NCBI GenBank assembly: GCA_009859145.1
Contig: VRVR01000029.1
Span: 248,001-312,000, forward strand
DNA length: 64,000 nt
DNA from: Andalucia godoyi And28
Taxonomy: Eukaryota > Protista > Jakobida
Direction of reading: 5' to 3'
In this document: one piece after another, positions 29,966 through 40,950 of the stretch
Numbering within the stretch: position 1 is the stretch's first letter
How the letters are laid out: each line of letters opens with the position of its first letter
Program-made: the position numbers and the translations under genes
The notes under the pieces: generated by a model
What the model was told of the DNA's origin: nothing
The model's database searches: none
Seen by the model: the letters and a program-made list of their open reading frames with translations, nothing else

Positions 29966-31041
29966 GACAGAAAGGAAGAAAGGAAGAGTGAATGCGATAA
30001 AATAGTACCCAAGAAAACAGCAGCGAGGGGAAAGAACCAAGATCTGTTGAACAGAACCAGAGATCGATCTGGACAGGATTTTATTTCTCTCTCTTTTTTG
30101 CTTGTCACCCAATCCTTGCCCTTCACACTGGCACAGCGCAAACTGCCAGGGCAATTGCGCTTTCGTGAAAGTCTCTACTTTTCGGCAGACGCGTCTTCCA
30201 AAATGTTTGCAGAGGTTGTCCGGGCAGACGGGGCATTACGGAGTGTCCACAGAAGGTGCTCGACAGTCTTCAGCGAAACTTTTGCGGTTGCATGCGACAG
30301 GCAAACAGCTCGTGTCAAAGACCCCGGACGCACGCTGGACTACTTTTTGCATGGAGCAGTTCAGCTCGCACAGCAAGTATTCACGCAGGCTTTGTGCCAG
30401 CACATCGGACGGAAGCGGTGCCCCAGAGGTGGCCTCCAGACAGATCTTCCCTTTGTGTCCAAGCAAAAGCGCACAGTGGAATTCTCCGAAGGAGGTTTCG
30501 GCTGACTTTGGGCAATCCCCACACGTTTCGGGCACGAGAAGACTGCAAAACACGCCGTGGTATCGCCGGTCGTACCGTTTGTGCGTACATTTCATCCAGC
30601 AATCAAAAACAAAAGTGTTTGTGCCGTTGAATTATGACACGCCATTGTCATGCATACTGAAGGCGTCATGAACACGCCATCACAATCCATCGGCCCAATG
30701 CTCAACTTGCCATTTTCAGCATTCCCCCGAGGGCATGTTCGGCGTCCAGCGGGTCTGTTTTTTGTTTTTTGGCCTGCATAGGTTAAAAGTGTCTCTCCTT
30801 GCATCACTTGAGACTACAAGGATCGTTACAGTAAGAACAGGTGATTCTTGTGTCAGTGTGTGTGTTTTTTCTGTTTTTCTTTTTTTGGTTGGCTTTCTTC
30901 TTTCCCCAAAACCACGGCTTTGCTATTTTCCGGTTTTTCTTCTGTTTCTTTTCGGGCGGCGCTCTTCTCTTTTTAATTTTTGGTAATAATAATAATAATC
31001 ATAATAATAATTATTTTTTGTTTCTTTGGAGCGTGTTAGCA

Positions 31042-32730
31042 ATGTCTGAGAATTTTTGGGAACCAAGCCAAAAGGCACTTGGTGTGCTCATCAAGAAGCC
31101 TGCATTGACCGAAAAGCTGCTTCAGAAACCGCCGTTTCGGTTTCTTCATGACATTGTAACCGAGCTGCTTGCCTCTGTTCCGGGATTTGGAACAGGACTG
31201 TTCACTGCTGATGAGGCAGACTCGAAAAAAGCTTCGGAGACGAAGGAATCGAAAATTGAATTTCTTCAAAAATCAATCGATTATGTGTCCCTGCTGCTGC
31301 AAATGCCGCTTTCAGCAAAGCCTGCAAAGATAGTGGCTGGGTTGGAGCCAGAAGCGACGAATGAATGGCTGTTGATGCTGGCGAAGGCCGCGTCAGACAG
31401 GTCCCTCGACTGGTCTGGAGCTGCCCAGCGCATCAATCGCGGCGAAACTTACGACCCTAACAGCGCTCCTGCTCCGTCCAGTGTGCCTAGCAGCCGGAAA
31501 GGCCCAGAGTCCTCCGCTTCTGCACAGCAGCACGGACATGGTGCTGTGGAAAGGCCACCCACGAGCTCGTCGGGCACGAGAACAAAGACAACGAGGCCGC
31601 CTTCTCAGTCGGGAACTCGACCTGAAGAAGAAGAATTCCCCCCAAAGCCGTCGCGTGAAGATGACAGTCGAGAGAGGGAAAGGGAGAGAGAGCGCGAGCG
31701 TCGAGAACGTGAAAAGGAGAAGGAAAGGGAAAGAGAGAGGGAGAGGGAGAGGGAGCGAGAGCGGGAGAGGGAGAGGGAGAGAGAGCGTTTGGAGCAAGAG
31801 CGAATGGAGCGCGAGCGTCAGGAGGCCGAACAGCTCATGTTGCAGCAACAGCAGCAGCAACAACAACAGCAAGAATATGGAGGCTCTGATCGCCCAGGTT
31901 CCGCAATGAAGAGACCTTCTCGCCCACAGTCTGCGCGACGACCTCCGCCAAAAGTCAAGTCGAATGTTCGGACAGTGGATGACCAGCCACCCATTGCTGC
32001 ATCGATTCCGTCTGCTCCGGGTTCTTCACAAGGCGCACGCCCCACGTCCCAGGGCAGGGCGACGACGCCTGCGGGGTCCGTTCTGCCTTCAGTGGTTCCA
32101 GCCGGCGTGATTGTCGAAGGATCCTCCGCCGTAGAGGACGAACGAGAGGAGATCGAAGAAGAGGATCCAACGCTTGCGCTGACTGGCGCATCGCGCAGTT
32201 CGCAGATGGCACCCGTCGCAGGGTCTGGAGTTGGCTCCAAAGACGAGTTTGGATTTGAACCGAATAACCAAGATGCGACACACGGCAAGCTTGTTCGCGA
32301 GATTTTGTCTCTTCAGAGCGGAAGCGCAGAGGAAAAGCAGCAGCAGTTGCAGGCTCAGAGTGCGTCAACTGGAATTGATCGCCAAATATTGCAGGAATTA
32401 GAAGATGACCGAGCTATGATCCAAAGAGCATGTGCCCTGTCCAATGCATTATCAAAGGGCATGGATTCACTGCAAGAAGATCTCGATTCTATGACACGGG
32501 AGCGAGAGCAGTGGTCGCGCATGCAGTCCAGATACGCTTCGTTGGCCGATGAAGCTCACAAGGAAACCCAGGCTGCGATTCAACCGTATCTTGCGCAATT
32601 ACTCGAGGTGGAGGACAAGATTCGAGAGCAGGACGGACTTATTGCTTCTGTTAAAGGCCGCATTGCAGTGAATGATGCTCGCATCGAGGCGCTGTTGCGA
32701 ATGGTGATTGGGCATCTTCCATTTACATAA
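31042..32730 (+). CDS. TRAF3IP1: Intraflagellar transport protein IFT54 / TRAF3IP1 / MIP-T3
   Basis: CH domain LIKKPALTEKLLQKPPFRFLHDIV and KPAKIVAGLEPEATN, an ER-rich repeat region, HGKLVREIL and a C-terminal coiled coil. ATG at 31042. Confidence 0.95.
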   Translation: MSENFWEPSQKALGVLIKKPALTEKLLQKPPFRFLHDIVTELLASVPGFGTGLFTADEADSKKASETKESKIEFLQKSIDYVSLLLQMPLSAKPAKIVAGLEPEATNEWLLMLAKAASDRSLDWSGAAQRINRGETYDPNSAPAPSSVPSSRKGPESSASAQQHGHGAVERPPTSSSGTRTKTTRPPSQSGTRPEEEEFPPKPSREDDSRERERERERERREREKEKERERERERERERERERERERERLEQERMERERQEAEQLMLQQQQQQQQQQEYGGSDRPGSAMKRPSRPQSARRPPPKVKSNVRTVDDQPPIAASIPSAPGSSQGARPTSQGRATTPAGSVLPSVVPAGVIVEGSSAVEDEREEIEEEDPTLALTGASRSSQMAPVAGSGVGSKDEFGFEPNNQDATHGKLVREILSLQSGSAEEKQQQLQAQSASTGIDRQILQELEDDRAMIQRACALSNALSKGMDSLQEDLDSMTREREQWSRMQSRYASLADEAHKETQAAIQPYLAQLLEVEDKIREQDGLIASVKGRIAVNDARIEALLRMVIGHLPFT

Positions 32731-33317
32731 AAAAGAGGATTTCTGTTTCCCCACCCCCCGCGCTTCTTTCTTCCTCGTCACCAATCCAATTAAGCAAAGT
32801 TCTTTCGCTCCCCAGTATATTAATTTCAGATTCTTATCATTGCTTGTTTGCGGCGCTTGCTTTTTCGGCGCCTGCTTTCCTGCGTCTGCGGTTGTGGCTT
32901 GTGTGCCCCTGCTGCATTCTGGTCTCCCCCGAAAGGACATTGGCCGTCGGTCCAGAAATCCTCTTTAACTGTTGTAGATGACGCCACGCTTCCCGCCAAA
33001 TCGCAGAACCCAAATGCTCTCTCTCTCTCTTTTTCACGTGCAAAAGCGTGCTTTTTCTCTTCATTCTCGTGTCCTCCTCACATTCCCCATTTTTTCTTCT
33101 TCTTCTTCAAACAAACAGACAAACAAATAAGAAACGTGATTTATTTTTCAAAACTTATTTTTCACTTATCTTTTCACTTATCTTTTTATTTTTATTTTTA
33201 TTTTTATTTTTATTTTTATTTTTCTTCGCTTAACTTCCTTTTTCGCTTTCTTTACCTTTTTATTCCAGTGTGATCGTTTCCCCCTGGTTCTGGTTCCTGG
33301 TCCCTGTTTTCGAACAA

Positions 33318-36300
33318 ATGTCTGAATCACGGCGAACGTCGGCCAGAATTGCAGCGCGTGCTGCCTTGCTTCCGGACAAGTCCACCGCCGCAGACCAACA
33401 AGAGTCTGAGGACGAGGTGTCAAGCAATCCCTCTGACGGTGATGACGATTCGTCCAGCAATGGCAGATCGGAGGGCGATTCAGACGGCGGCGTTGGCAAT
33501 CGTCGCAATCACAATCGCAATGAAGATGCAGACGCAGATGGGGATGAGGATGAAGATGAGGAAGGACGCAGAAATAGCAGGGCCGCTCCACGTCGCTCAT
33601 TGTCTGCGCGTCAAAAGAGCGTCGCGTCCATGCAAACGACAAGCAAGAGTAAACCGGAAGTCGCTGGACCGCGTTCAAAAGCGACACGGCAACAATCATC
33701 TTCGAAAGCTGTGCGACGTTCGTTGGACACTGGCGATATCATTTCCGCGTTGCCAACTATGGTTTCAGACAAGTGCGCTGCCCAGACGTTTTCGACATTG
33801 GCATCCGCAGTGTCGTCTTCTGTAGGATCGTTCGGTGCGTCTCTTTGCTTGCTCTCGGGATGTGTCGACGAAAATGTGTATCACAGCTGCTGGAAGAGCT
33901 ATGACACAAAGGAAAAGTCCGACGTCGCATTAGCAAATGTTTTAAAGTCGATTGTTCCCAAATTTTCTGCTGAACCGACTCCTCGAAATGGCGTCGAAGA
34001 CAACGTTGCCAGTGCGGGTGCCGGTGCCGGTGCGGGGGACAACGACGACGACGATGCATCTTCTTTCTCAAAGAATGTCTGCAAATTGATGTTTGAGCGT
34101 CCCCGGCCGAAGCGAACGCACCGGTTGCATAACAATGTTTCCAAACTGTTTTCTGTCGTCGCCAGGAACATTGTGAGCTCTCCAGACCGTGATGCTTTCC
34201 TGCAGGTTTTATCCAGTCTTTCATCCTCCAACGTTCGCTCATTGCGACTCTTCAGCACAGCCATTGCATTTCTCTTTTGCGATGTTTGTTTAAACATGTT
34301 TTCGTCATCTCCGGATGCTCAAGAGGTCTACAACTCGCTGTTTTCGTCTGTGTTTGTCCACCGATACCGGGATGCAAAATCAGAACATGCGCGTGCCTTG
34401 TCTGTGTGCGCGGTCACCGCGTGGTGTCGTCTTGAAAAGGAGAGCGTTTGGAAAGATTCCACAACCAAGTATATCGGATGGATGTTGAATGATACGAGTT
34501 CCTTTGTTCGATTCTGCGCAACGTACGGCCTCTATGTTCTGGCATCTCAAATCCCGGCAAGCCAAGAATTTTCATCCTGGGGCGTCTATTTTGAAGCGTT
34601 TGAACAGTTCTCCTCAAAATCCGATGTTTCCGTTCCGTCTGCTCCTTCAAACACGCTCGAGGCAAAGGAAAATCCTTCCAATGCGACATCGAAAGCGAAA
34701 GGAAAGGGTAAGAAGGCAGCGTTGCGCGGCACGGCTGAGGAAAGTGAGGAGGATAAAATCGATGCTTGCCGGATGACGTTGTTTGCGCAGCGGTTTCTGC
34801 CTCGTCTTTTCGACATGGCCACTTCAGACATCTCTCCAAGGGTCTGTGCTGTGTCACTACTGGTGTTTCCGTTGTTCGTTGAGACCTCCTTGCGCAAACC
34901 AGAAACGGGTTACCGTGGGAATCGTTTGAACTCCAAGTCCGTGTCCCACGATCAGCTTGTGCGCATTCTGTCCTTGTCTTCGGACAAACATATGTTTGTT
35001 TCGCACGCCGCCTTGTCTTGCGTGGAATCCATTTGTACAAAGAATGTTGGTGTTTGGTTGCAAATCCTCAAAGACGTGCCGGCCCAGCTGGTCGTCGAAG
35101 CAATTGCTCGATTCATGAGAAGCACGATTCTGGGATTTTTGCGGTCCGGGCTCTGTCCAGACGGCCTTGAAATTGATGATTCAGATGAAGAAATGCAAAC
35201 TATCTGGTACCGTTTGTTGTTGGCCGCCCTGGTTTCTCCTGCAGTCAAGAATGTTGGGGCGTTTGCACCTGGTGATGGCCACGTCGAAGAGGAAGAAGAA
35301 CAAGGCTCCTCGTCCGCGGACGAATCCGTGACCGAGCTTATTCACTCCGTGATGTCTGTGAATCTGATTGCAGAAGCACGAGACGTCCTTGACAAGGTCA
35401 TCCGTCATCGCCAGATCGCAGTACCATCGTCCCTTGCCGATGTCCTATTGCCCATATTGGCTTGCATCTTCCGGCACTCTTCTGTCGTGTCGGATATTGA
35501 CACGCAAACTCTGCAAGGTTTGAGATCCACTGCCCAGGCAACAGCGGACTTTCTTCGGACGACTCCTTCTTTCAAACTATGGGAGGTCTTGGTTTCGTTG
35601 ACCAGCGTTCCCTCACTGAAAGCAGATGTTTCGCAAAAGATTCAAAAGGCATTTTCGGACATCATGGTCGTTTACAAGACCATCCCTCTGGAATCAGTTG
35701 CGGCGAGTGTTGATAAGGGTGGGTTTGCAGCGCCCTCTGCGAAGAACGGAAAGCGAAGCAAGTCAAAGGCAGCTGAGGAGCAGATCACAGTGACCACTAC
35801 GGCGAACTTGCTGAGCCTCATTGCGTCCGTCGCAGAGACAAGAGATTCTGTTCTGGATGAAGACGACTTTTCCTTTCTAGTTTTTGATGCCGTCGATTTC
35901 TTTTGCAAAATTGTTATGAAAGTGGTGGAATTGGATTCTGACACAAGCCTGTCGCCCCCAGAGCAGCAGTCTTTGCTGAAATCGGCGGGCGAAATTTGCT
36001 CCTCCGTGGTCCGAGTGTTGATTTTCAATTTGGAGGCGGAAAAAGAATCCGAGGACAAGTTGTTTTCCGACTCGATTGATCGAGTCGTTCGGGCATTCTG
36101 GGATTGCTTCCAGCAACTGAAAGCGCCAAGATCTTCCTTGGCGTTTGGAATCCATTGCATTTTGCTTGCGAATCTGGTTGATTTGTGGTGCATCGGCAGC
36201 TTTTCGTACATGCTGCCGGAGGGAAAGCGCCGCGATATTCTGACGACTGTCGAGAAGAACGCATTGTTTGACAGAGTGGTTGCCTGGGCCGCTGAAACGC

Positions 36301-37199
36301 CGTCATCCCTGATGTTGGATGCAGACAACCACATCGACAATCGCGAGCGTGGGCTTTTTTGCTTTGTTTCGCTCCATAGGTTTATTCACGTTGCAGGGCT
36401 AGGGCTCATGAATGCGGTGTTGTTTGCGTCTCTGCTTCTAGTCGAGCAAGATGTGGATGATCAGTATTCCATTTCGACGGAGATTGGAGTTTCGGAAGTG
36501 CTGAAATCGTCGATTCCCACTGTCACTTCTCAGGAATCGTTCCAAATTCGGGATCTAGTCAATGTTCACGAAGCGGTCGTGCGAACGAATGCTTTGGATG
36601 GTCTGTCTCGACTTGTGGAGTTTACCAAGCTGCACTTTTCTAAAAAGGGCCTTCCGTGGTTCTCCTTTGCCTCTTTGCTGTACGAAAAGGTCTCCTCTTC
36701 ATGGAAGGAAAAGTCTGCTGTGCTGGAAGTCGTTTCTCTGTACGACACAATGTTTTCCGTCGAAGAAAAAACTCTGCTTGCGGACAAGTATCCGTTGATC
36801 AAGTTTTCAAGGCGGGACCCAGTCAAGATCCCCAAGTCCCGATCGAACCGTGCTTCTTCACCAGAAGATCGTTACCAACCGAAGTCACGTCGTTCTCCAG
36901 TGGGGTCGTCTGCCCAAAAGTCAAAAACGCCCAAAAAACCCGCATCTCGCCGTGGAAAGCCAATCGTTGTCACAGAAGTTGTTCGTGTGACTCCCTTATC
37001 CGTGTCTGTCTCGCCGGCCAATTCAGCAACAGCCGCTGCATCAGCATCAGCATCAGCATCAGCATCAGCATCAGCATCTTCGTCCTCTAGAAAGCGATCG
37101 CAGGCAGAGCCACCGGTTGCGACTACCGACGCTACTCAGGGCGTTGAGATTGACCTCGAGGATGTCCAACGGGTGAAGCGTCGTCGACGATTCCTCTAA
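33318..37199 (+). CDS. SCC3: Cohesin HAWK subunit Scc3/SA (STAG) family, divergent
   Basis: Stromalin conserved domain motifs VFVHRYRD, RALSVCAVTAW and KYIGWMLNDTSSFVR. Start taken at MSESRRTS (33318). Confidence 0.8.
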   Translation: MSESRRTSARIAARAALLPDKSTAADQQESEDEVSSNPSDGDDDSSSNGRSEGDSDGGVGNRRNHNRNEDADADGDEDEDEEGRRNSRAAPRRSLSARQKSVASMQTTSKSKPEVAGPRSKATRQQSSSKAVRRSLDTGDIISALPTMVSDKCAAQTFSTLASAVSSSVGSFGASLCLLSGCVDENVYHSCWKSYDTKEKSDVALANVLKSIVPKFSAEPTPRNGVEDNVASAGAGAGAGDNDDDDASSFSKNVCKLMFERPRPKRTHRLHNNVSKLFSVVARNIVSSPDRDAFLQVLSSLSSSNVRSLRLFSTAIAFLFCDVCLNMFSSSPDAQEVYNSLFSSVFVHRYRDAKSEHARALSVCAVTAWCRLEKESVWKDSTTKYIGWMLNDTSSFVRFCATYGLYVLASQIPASQEFSSWGVYFEAFEQFSSKSDVSVPSAPSNTLEAKENPSNATSKAKGKGKKAALRGTAEESEEDKIDACRMTLFAQRFLPRLFDMATSDISPRVCAVSLLVFPLFVETSLRKPETGYRGNRLNSKSVSHDQLVRILSLSSDKHMFVSHAALSCVESICTKNVGVWLQILKDVPAQLVVEAIARFMRSTILGFLRSGLCPDGLEIDDSDEEMQTIWYRLLLAALVSPAVKNVGAFAPGDGHVEEEEEQGSSSADESVTELIHSVMSVNLIAEARDVLDKVIRHRQIAVPSSLADVLLPILACIFRHSSVVSDIDTQTLQGLRSTAQATADFLRTTPSFKLWEVLVSLTSVPSLKADVSQKIQKAFSDIMVVYKTIPLESVAASVDKGGFAAPSAKNGKRSKSKAAEEQITVTTTANLLSLIASVAETRDSVLDEDDFSFLVFDAVDFFCKIVMKVVELDSDTSLSPPEQQSLLKSAGEICSSVVRVLIFNLEAEKESEDKLFSDSIDRVVRAFWDCFQQLKAPRSSLAFGIHCILLANLVDLWCIGSFSYMLPEGKRRDILTTVEKNALFDRVVAWAAETPSSLMLDADNHIDNRERGLFCFVSLHRFIHVAGLGLMNAVLFASLLLVEQDVDDQYSISTEIGVSEVLKSSIPTVTSQESFQIRDLVNVHEAVVRTNALDGLSRLVEFTKLHFSKKGLPWFSFASLLYEKVSSSWKEKSAVLEVVSLYDTMFSVEEKTLLADKYPLIKFSRRDPVKIPKSRSNRASSPEDRYQPKSRRSPVGSSAQKSKTPKKPASRRGKPIVVTEVVRVTPLSVSVSPANSATAAASASASASASASASSSSRKRSQAEPPVATTDATQGVEIDLEDVQRVKRRRRFL

Positions 37200-37284
37200 A
37201 AAACGAGAGGGAAAACGATGTTGAAAACGGATGCCGAGTATTTCGATGTTTTTCTGTTGCTTGTACATGTTCTATCCATTCGTA

Positions 37285-37310
37285 TGTGTGTGTGTGTGTG
37301 TGTGTGTGTG
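37285..37310. repeat. (TG)13 microsatellite
   Basis: Read directly. Confidence 0.9.
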
Positions 37311-37610
37311 TCTTCTTTTTTTGTTATTTGGGCTGCTTGTTTGGTGGATAACGTAAAGCGAAAAATGAAATCATTTTTTGCAGAAGATGATGCTTTCCTT
37401 CCCGAACTCACACGGATGAAGAATGCAGTATCCCGCCTTATTCCACTGTAGTCGAATTTGGCGGCAAAAGAACGAAAGGCTCCGCATTCCCCGAATATGA
37501 AAGAGCAATGTTTCGAAACACAGTTTTCTGATTTTTCTTTTCCTCTTTCTTTCTTTCTTTCTTTCTTTGTTATCATCCAGTCGTGATTATTTCTCGTCCT
37601 GGCTCCCGAC

Positions 37611-40600
37611 ATGTGCTCATTAGAAGAGGTTGTATCGGCATTGATCAACGATGCATCTGCATGCACTTCCAATGCGTCAAGCACCGTCGCATCGCTGCTG
37701 AACTGCAATGGAACAGAGAAGGATGTTTCCATCGAGCACATCGAGCCTCTGGTCCTTGCTCTTTGCGGGCACGCGAAATCTCCGGTTATTTTGGAGGTGT
37801 TGTTGACTCTCCATGCGTATGCTCCACATCTGGATATTCCTTCAAAGATAAAACATCTTGGCCCGTCTCTGAAAGTTCCGGAAACAAATCTCGCGTCGTT
37901 TTTGGATGCCTTTTCGTCTTCCGGAAGCGCATCGCAGTGTCCATTTCTTGCAAGCTACTTCTGCGAGGTTGCACTCTCTACCATTTCTGAAGATCGAAGG
38001 GATCGCACGCTTGTCGCTCCCATTGTGTATCAGCTCTTGCGGTGTTCTTCGTACACCGCAAGCACCTCGTGCACGAAAATGCTGGTGCCTTGCGTTTTAA
38101 GTCTGCTGGCAGATGGTGGGACAGATGTCCTCTTTCATATTGAGCTGTTTTCAAAGCAAAGCCTCGTTTTCAAGAATGAGCTGGTGGCGTTCCTGGGTCA
38201 GCAGCTGAAGAAGAAATCAGCTGTTGAGAAGTCTGCAGACGTACTGCGACCAAAGGTGCTGTCATTGTTGTTTCGACTGGAAGCAGTCGCAGCCTTTGCA
38301 GTCTCGGACATCCTCGATGCCATATCGTCGGATGTTGAACCGTCTGTGCCGTTTGCCGAGTTTTGCGTGGATCATTTGACTGCAGAGACGTACGAAAAGT
38401 TACATCCGGTCTTGTTTTCAATGATGATGAATTTTGCCTCGGGCTCACAGCACCAGTTCTATTCATTTCTTGATTTTTTTGTCCAGCGCTGTCTGCCGAA
38501 TTCGCCCACGACCGTTTTACGCTGCGTTCCATTCATCCGGATGCTCTCGTCGTTTCCTCCGTCGACTGCCATTGCGACGCGTCTGTGGGACTTCCTGACG
38601 GCGCTTTTGCCTCTGTCGATGTCTTCGTTTCCACTTTCGGCAGACATTTCAATTTATGGCGTTTTCCTCGGCAAATGTGTGCAGCGGCACGGAATAGATG
38701 CCAGCATCCCATGCTTGAAGTGGATGGCATCTGCTGCAGATGCTCTTCGTCTCCTTTCCGGTTCTGTGGGAATTTCCATTCGCGAAGCTGCGGTTACCTG
38801 CCGCATAGTTTCCTTGCGACGTCACCGAAGGTGCATCATTCAAGGGATACTGTTGTCCAAAAACTTCGAAACTCGACATAGCTCGGAAGACGAACTTTGG
38901 TTTTCAAAAGTCCTGGTGGATCACTCCATCAAGCTGGAAACCATGGAAGATGTGCATCTTGCCCTTTCGGCCGGAGACACGACGCAGATCGAGTCCACGA
39001 TCGACGAGTTTATAGGAAAGGTGTCCCAAATCAGTGACGACGGAGAGGAGTCTGCAGTTCAATCAACTGTGATGTTTGTGCTGTCTCTGTTGTGGGCTTC
39101 TGCGACGCTGTTGTCAGAAGACGGAACGGAGCAAGGAAAGGAATCTACGATTGAGCGATTGACACACATGTGGGCTCTGCTGAAAATGTTCAAAATTACA
39201 ATGGAAAAGAAGCAAAAGAAGAGTCAGAAGATGACGACGAAGAAGAACCCACTGGGCGTGTGTCCGGTTCCGAGCGCATGCTCCATTCATAACACAATAT
39301 TGCTTCTTACAGACTATCCGGATCATGAACTCGCGGTCGATGATGAATTCCATCGTCTCTTAAGCGAGACGTACATTGTCTCCCACAGGATTTACCGATT
39401 CGATGTCGATTTTCGAATCATTTTGACGGAGATCAAGAGCCACCATTCTTCAAATCTGTTGCCATTTATTTTGACGCTGTATGCTGAAAACTGTGCGCAA
39501 CCGTCCTCTGTTATTCAAACGGTACCAACGGTCGCTTCAGCATCTTCTTCGAGTAGTACTGCTGCCGAGTTGGCAGTTAGCGGATGCAGCGTTGATATAA
39601 TTCCGTTGCTGAACGAAATTCTTCTGGATTTTCGATATCCGCTGACAAGCGAGGCCCAGATCCGGATCGTGGAGGATGTTGCCACCGAGTTTGGTGCAGC
39701 AGACGTGATCTACTCGAAGGTGCTTCCAGGAATGTTGGCGAACTGCGCATCGCTGAACCAGTACGTTGCGCGTCTCAAGGATCATGACCGAAAGGTGTCT
39801 TTACAAAAGGCGGCAATGCTCCTCAAGCTTCCAATACCAGGATTCTTTCGGTCACTACTTACAAATTCTGTGTCGTCTTTCGGGATAGATTCGCGAATGG
39901 AGCAAAACTTTGGAGAATTGGTTTTTGAAGCCCCGGAGTTTGATGTCAAGATCGCGAGCGGTCGGGAGGACCGAGAGACCGTGCTCAAGCTCTTGACGAC
40001 ACATCTGGTAGACCAAATGGGTTCGAAGGGAATCACAACGCAGGATATTTCATCGGTTGCGATCCTGCTCATGAGCGACACCGGAGCAGGCATGGGGTCT
40101 GTCTGGGGTTCTGTCATTTCGTTATACATGTGTGCAAGTCAGTGCATTCGGAAGCACACTCTGGATGTCCAGCTGGCGCAAGAAGTGATTCAAGAGGTCT
40201 CCGCCAGAGTATACGTCAGGCTAAATTCTTCTTACAAACGTCCGCAAAAGGGCGAAACGGCATTTCTTCCAAAGGTTGTATGGGCTGTTGAGCAGTTCGA
40301 AGGAGCGCTTTTAAAGGAGCGCCGGCAGTATGAAGATGCGTTGTCTGTGTTGAAGCGGCCCACGTCTCGGGATCTGCGTGTCGATTGGGAGGAGGTTGTG
40401 ACACAGTTGCGCAAAAACGCCACCGACAGCGAGAAGAACGACGACGAGGAGGAGGGAGATGAAACAGATGAAACAGATGAAGCAGATGAAGCAGATGAAG
40501 CAGATGAAAATGAGAATGAGGAGTTGGAAGCGGAGGGGTCCGAGTCGGAATCCTCCGTCGTCGCAAACACTCGTGCTCAATCTGAAAAGGCGCATCCTGC

Positions 40601-40622
40601 CAAACGCAGGAGGCATGGATGA
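37611..40622 (+). CDS. FANCI: Fanconi anaemia group I protein-like
   Basis: C-terminal ETAFLPKVVWAVEQFEGALL...KRPTSRDLRV plus acidic tail parallels the FANCI ETKPIPNLIFAIEQYE...STSRDFKI motif as I recall it. Helical solenoid composition. Confidence 0.75.
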   Translation: MCSLEEVVSALINDASACTSNASSTVASLLNCNGTEKDVSIEHIEPLVLALCGHAKSPVILEVLLTLHAYAPHLDIPSKIKHLGPSLKVPETNLASFLDAFSSSGSASQCPFLASYFCEVALSTISEDRRDRTLVAPIVYQLLRCSSYTASTSCTKMLVPCVLSLLADGGTDVLFHIELFSKQSLVFKNELVAFLGQQLKKKSAVEKSADVLRPKVLSLLFRLEAVAAFAVSDILDAISSDVEPSVPFAEFCVDHLTAETYEKLHPVLFSMMMNFASGSQHQFYSFLDFFVQRCLPNSPTTVLRCVPFIRMLSSFPPSTAIATRLWDFLTALLPLSMSSFPLSADISIYGVFLGKCVQRHGIDASIPCLKWMASAADALRLLSGSVGISIREAAVTCRIVSLRRHRRCIIQGILLSKNFETRHSSEDELWFSKVLVDHSIKLETMEDVHLALSAGDTTQIESTIDEFIGKVSQISDDGEESAVQSTVMFVLSLLWASATLLSEDGTEQGKESTIERLTHMWALLKMFKITMEKKQKKSQKMTTKKNPLGVCPVPSACSIHNTILLLTDYPDHELAVDDEFHRLLSETYIVSHRIYRFDVDFRIILTEIKSHHSSNLLPFILTLYAENCAQPSSVIQTVPTVASASSSSSTAAELAVSGCSVDIIPLLNEILLDFRYPLTSEAQIRIVEDVATEFGAADVIYSKVLPGMLANCASLNQYVARLKDHDRKVSLQKAAMLLKLPIPGFFRSLLTNSVSSFGIDSRMEQNFGELVFEAPEFDVKIASGREDRETVLKLLTTHLVDQMGSKGITTQDISSVAILLMSDTGAGMGSVWGSVISLYMCASQCIRKHTLDVQLAQEVIQEVSARVYVRLNSSYKRPQKGETAFLPKVVWAVEQFEGALLKERRQYEDALSVLKRPTSRDLRVDWEEVVTQLRKNATDSEKNDDEEEGDETDETDEADEADEADENENEELEAEGSESESSVVANTRAQSEKAHPAKRRRHG

Positions 40623-40950
40623 TTCTGCGCAACAGTTCTTCGCTCGTGTCTTTCATTTTTAATGTTCCGCATAATGGGTTTTGTTGTCCTGTCGTGCCGG
40701 TAAATTGTACAAACAATCAGCTACTCATTTCCCTCCGACTGACACCTGTCGTAACACCGCTGCGGCAATTGTCCCCACTGACGTGTCCGAATCCTATCAA
40801 AGACTTTTATGTCCGTTTTGTTTTTGTTTTTGTTTTTGTTTTTTTGTTGTTGTGTTATTTTGTATTTTGTATAATTGTTTTCTCGCTGAGCATTTTCCGT
40901 TTCTCTCTCCTTTTCTCTCTTGTGAGAGAGTTCGAAAAAAAGCACGGCAA

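Noticed and set aside
30841-31041. Hydrophobic N-terminal extensions in the ORF track (also 30154-29867, 40681-40950, 21190-20939, 57337-57074, 33270-33317)
   Set aside because: These are translations of T-rich or microsatellite upstream DNA. Conserved domains begin at later ATGs.
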